Shown here: positions 60,807 to 64,000 of the stretch, in pieces
Layout: every line of letters begins with the position of its first letter
How positions within the stretch are numbered: the stretch's first letter is position 1
Source: Candidatus Hydrothermarchaeum profundi
Lineage (GTDB): Archaea > Hydrothermarchaeota > Hydrothermarchaeia > Hydrothermarchaeales > Hydrothermarchaeaceae
Reading direction: 5' to 3'
Length of the DNA stretch: 64,000 nt
NCBI GenBank assembly: GCA_002011125.2
Contig: MTMF02000009.1
Coordinates: 1,192,989 to 1,256,988, forward strand
Position numbers and translations under genes: made by a program
The notes under the pieces: model-generated
Seen by the model: only the letters and a program-made list of their open reading frames with translations
What the model was told of the DNA's origin: nothing
Databases searched by the model: none

Positions 60807-62122
60807 ATATGAAGGTAGTAGCTGTCGGGGGGTATGATGAAGTAGGTAGAAATATGACCGCGGTAAACATTGATGGGGATACCTTCATCTTTGACATGGG
60901 TATAAGATTGGATAGAGTTTTGGTTCATGAGGACACTGATATCTCTAAAATGGATCCAATAGAGCTTAGCTCGAGGGGGATCATACCAAATACTTCAGTG
61001 GTAAAAGGGGATATTAAAGCAATAATACTCTCCCATGGGCACTTGGATCACATAGGTGCAGTCAGTAGGTTAGCTGCAAATTATCCTGCAGCACCCCTTA
61101 TAGGAACACCATATACGATAGAACTTATAAAACATGAAATGAAGTACTCTGGTGGGCTTCCGAATCAATTGGTCACGCTTGAGGGAGGGGAAACTTTACA
61201 GGTTTCACAAAAGGTAACACTAGAGTTTATAAGAGCTACTCATTCTATCCCTCAGACTGTACTGTGTGCACTACATACCCCGGAGGGGATCATACTCTAT
61301 GCAAATGATTTCAAGCTTGATGATACCCCGACTTTGGGTGATGGACCAGACTACAAGAGGATTAAAGAATTAGGGAAGGAGGGAGTTAAAGCCCTTATCG
61401 TAGAAACAGTCAGAGCTGAAAGAGATGGAAGGACGCCTTCAGAAGCGGTAGCACAGAAGCTATTAGAAGAGAATCTTCTAAAAAGTGATCCTGAAAGAGG
61501 GATGATCGTTACTACATTTTCATCTCACGTTGCAAGGATAGCTGGAATAGTTGAGATAGCTAGTAGAATGGGAATAACTCCTATCCTTCTAGGCAGGTCC
61601 ATGCAGAAATACTCTACTATCGCGGAAAGCCTTAAACTAGTTGAGTTTCCAAAGGATACTCGCATATATGGGGATAAGAAAGCTATCACCAAGGCTTTAA
61701 AAAAAGTGATGAAGGATGGGAAAGAGAAGTTCTTACCCATAGTTACGGGGCATCAGGGAGAGCCAGATGCTCTTTTAACGAAGATAGCTAATAGGAGTAC
61801 ACCATATACTATTGAAAAAGGGGATCAAATAATTTTTTCTTCCGATGTAATACCTAACCCAATTAACGCAGCAAATAGATACGCATTAGAGACTAAGCTA
61901 AAGTGGCAGGGTGCTAGGCTTTTTAAGAATACGCATGTCTCAGGGCACTCGTCTAAAGAAGATCACAGGGATATGCTTAATATGCTTCAACCAGAGAATA
62001 TTATACCCTGTCATGGAGATTTGAAACTAATCTCGGGATACGTAGAACTGGCGGAGGAACTAGGCTATTCAATAGACAAGGATATATTCATAAGGAGAAA
62101 TGGACAAAAGGTGGTCTTATAA
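60803..62122 (+). CDS. rnj: Ribonuclease J (archaeal beta-CASP)
   Basis: [45 protein letters not shown]. Confidence 0.93.
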   Translation: MNMKVVAVGGYDEVGRNMTAVNIDGDTFIFDMGIRLDRVLVHEDTDISKMDPIELSSRGIIPNTSVVKGDIKAIILSHGHLDHIGAVSRLAANYPAAPLIGTPYTIELIKHEMKYSGGLPNQLVTLEGGETLQVSQKVTLEFIRATHSIPQTVLCALHTPEGIILYANDFKLDDTPTLGDGPDYKRIKELGKEGVKALIVETVRAERDGRTPSEAVAQKLLEENLLKSDPERGMIVTTFSSHVARIAGIVEIASRMGITPILLGRSMQKYSTIAESLKLVEFPKDTRIYGDKKAITKALKKVMKDGKEKFLPIVTGHQGEPDALLTKIANRSTPYTIEKGDQIIFSSDVIPNPINAANRYALETKLKWQGARLFKNTHVSGHSSKEDHRDMLNMLQPENIIPCHGDLKLISGYVELAEELGYSIDKDIFIRRNGQKVVL

Positions 62123-62537
62123 GCCTCGATATTTTTTGAGCTTATCTCTCAATTCTCCGTTTTCTACTGCTAAGATTTCTAGGGCTAGGAGTGCTGCGTT
62201 TTTTGGATTGTCTATCCCTACTGTTGCCACGGGGACGCCAGGTGGCATTTGAACCATAGAAAGTAGAGAGTCTATACCACAAAGCTTAACATTCCTTGGA
62301 AGACCTATAACAGGTTTAACTGTATGGGATGCAATAGCTCCGGGGAGTGCAGCACTTAGACCAGCAATTCCAATAAATACCTTAGCATCAGAGTTTCTTA
62401 CGATTTCCTTAACTTTATCAGGCGATCTATGAGCAGATGCGATAAATGATTCATAGCTAACTCCGAACTCCTTAAATACTGCCTCTACCTTCATAGCAAG
62501 CTCTGAGTCAGATTCGCTCCCTGAAATAATCACTACG

Positions 62538-62545
<8 letters not shown>
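62117..62545 (-). CDS. purE: N5-CAIR mutase / AIR carboxylase
   Basis: [31 protein letters not shown]. Confidence 0.96.

Positions 62546-64000
<1,455 letters not shown>

Overview
Archaeal (euryarchaeote-like) genomic window in three parts. (1) 1-9.7 kb: the conserved exosome/proteasome/RNase P superoperon (rpl15e, DUF54, rnp3, rnp2, psmA, SBDS, rrp4/41/42, rpl37ae, rpoP, Brix, pcc1, start of pfdB), plus serA and ychF. (2) About 10.4-58.6 kb: a large mosaic surface-glycosylation locus. It holds two flippases, an AglB/STT3 oligosaccharyltransferase with non-canonical catalytic motifs, an AglH/MraY-type priming enzyme, many GT2/GT4/GT-C glycosyltransferases and nucleotide-sugar enzymes (TviB/TviC-like, WbpB/WbpE-like). 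Its tailoring enzymes are three cobalamin-binding radical SAM proteins, a circularly permuted FrhB/FpoF-type F420 oxidoreductase subunit, a nitroreductase-methyltransferase fusion, an alpha/alpha-barrel protein, a carbamoyltransferase, two FemAB-like proteins with a deacetylase, an ATP-grasp/HAD pair and an AlkP-superfamily enzyme. It also carries decayed IS6- and IS481-like elements, gene remnants and a recombination scar. (3) 58.7-64 kb: tRNA-Arg(GCG), surE, fni, RNase J, purE, aspartate aminotransferase and the start of archaeal riboflavin synthase. No CRISPR array, rRNA or provirus was seen. All calls are from reading motifs by eye; no searches were run.
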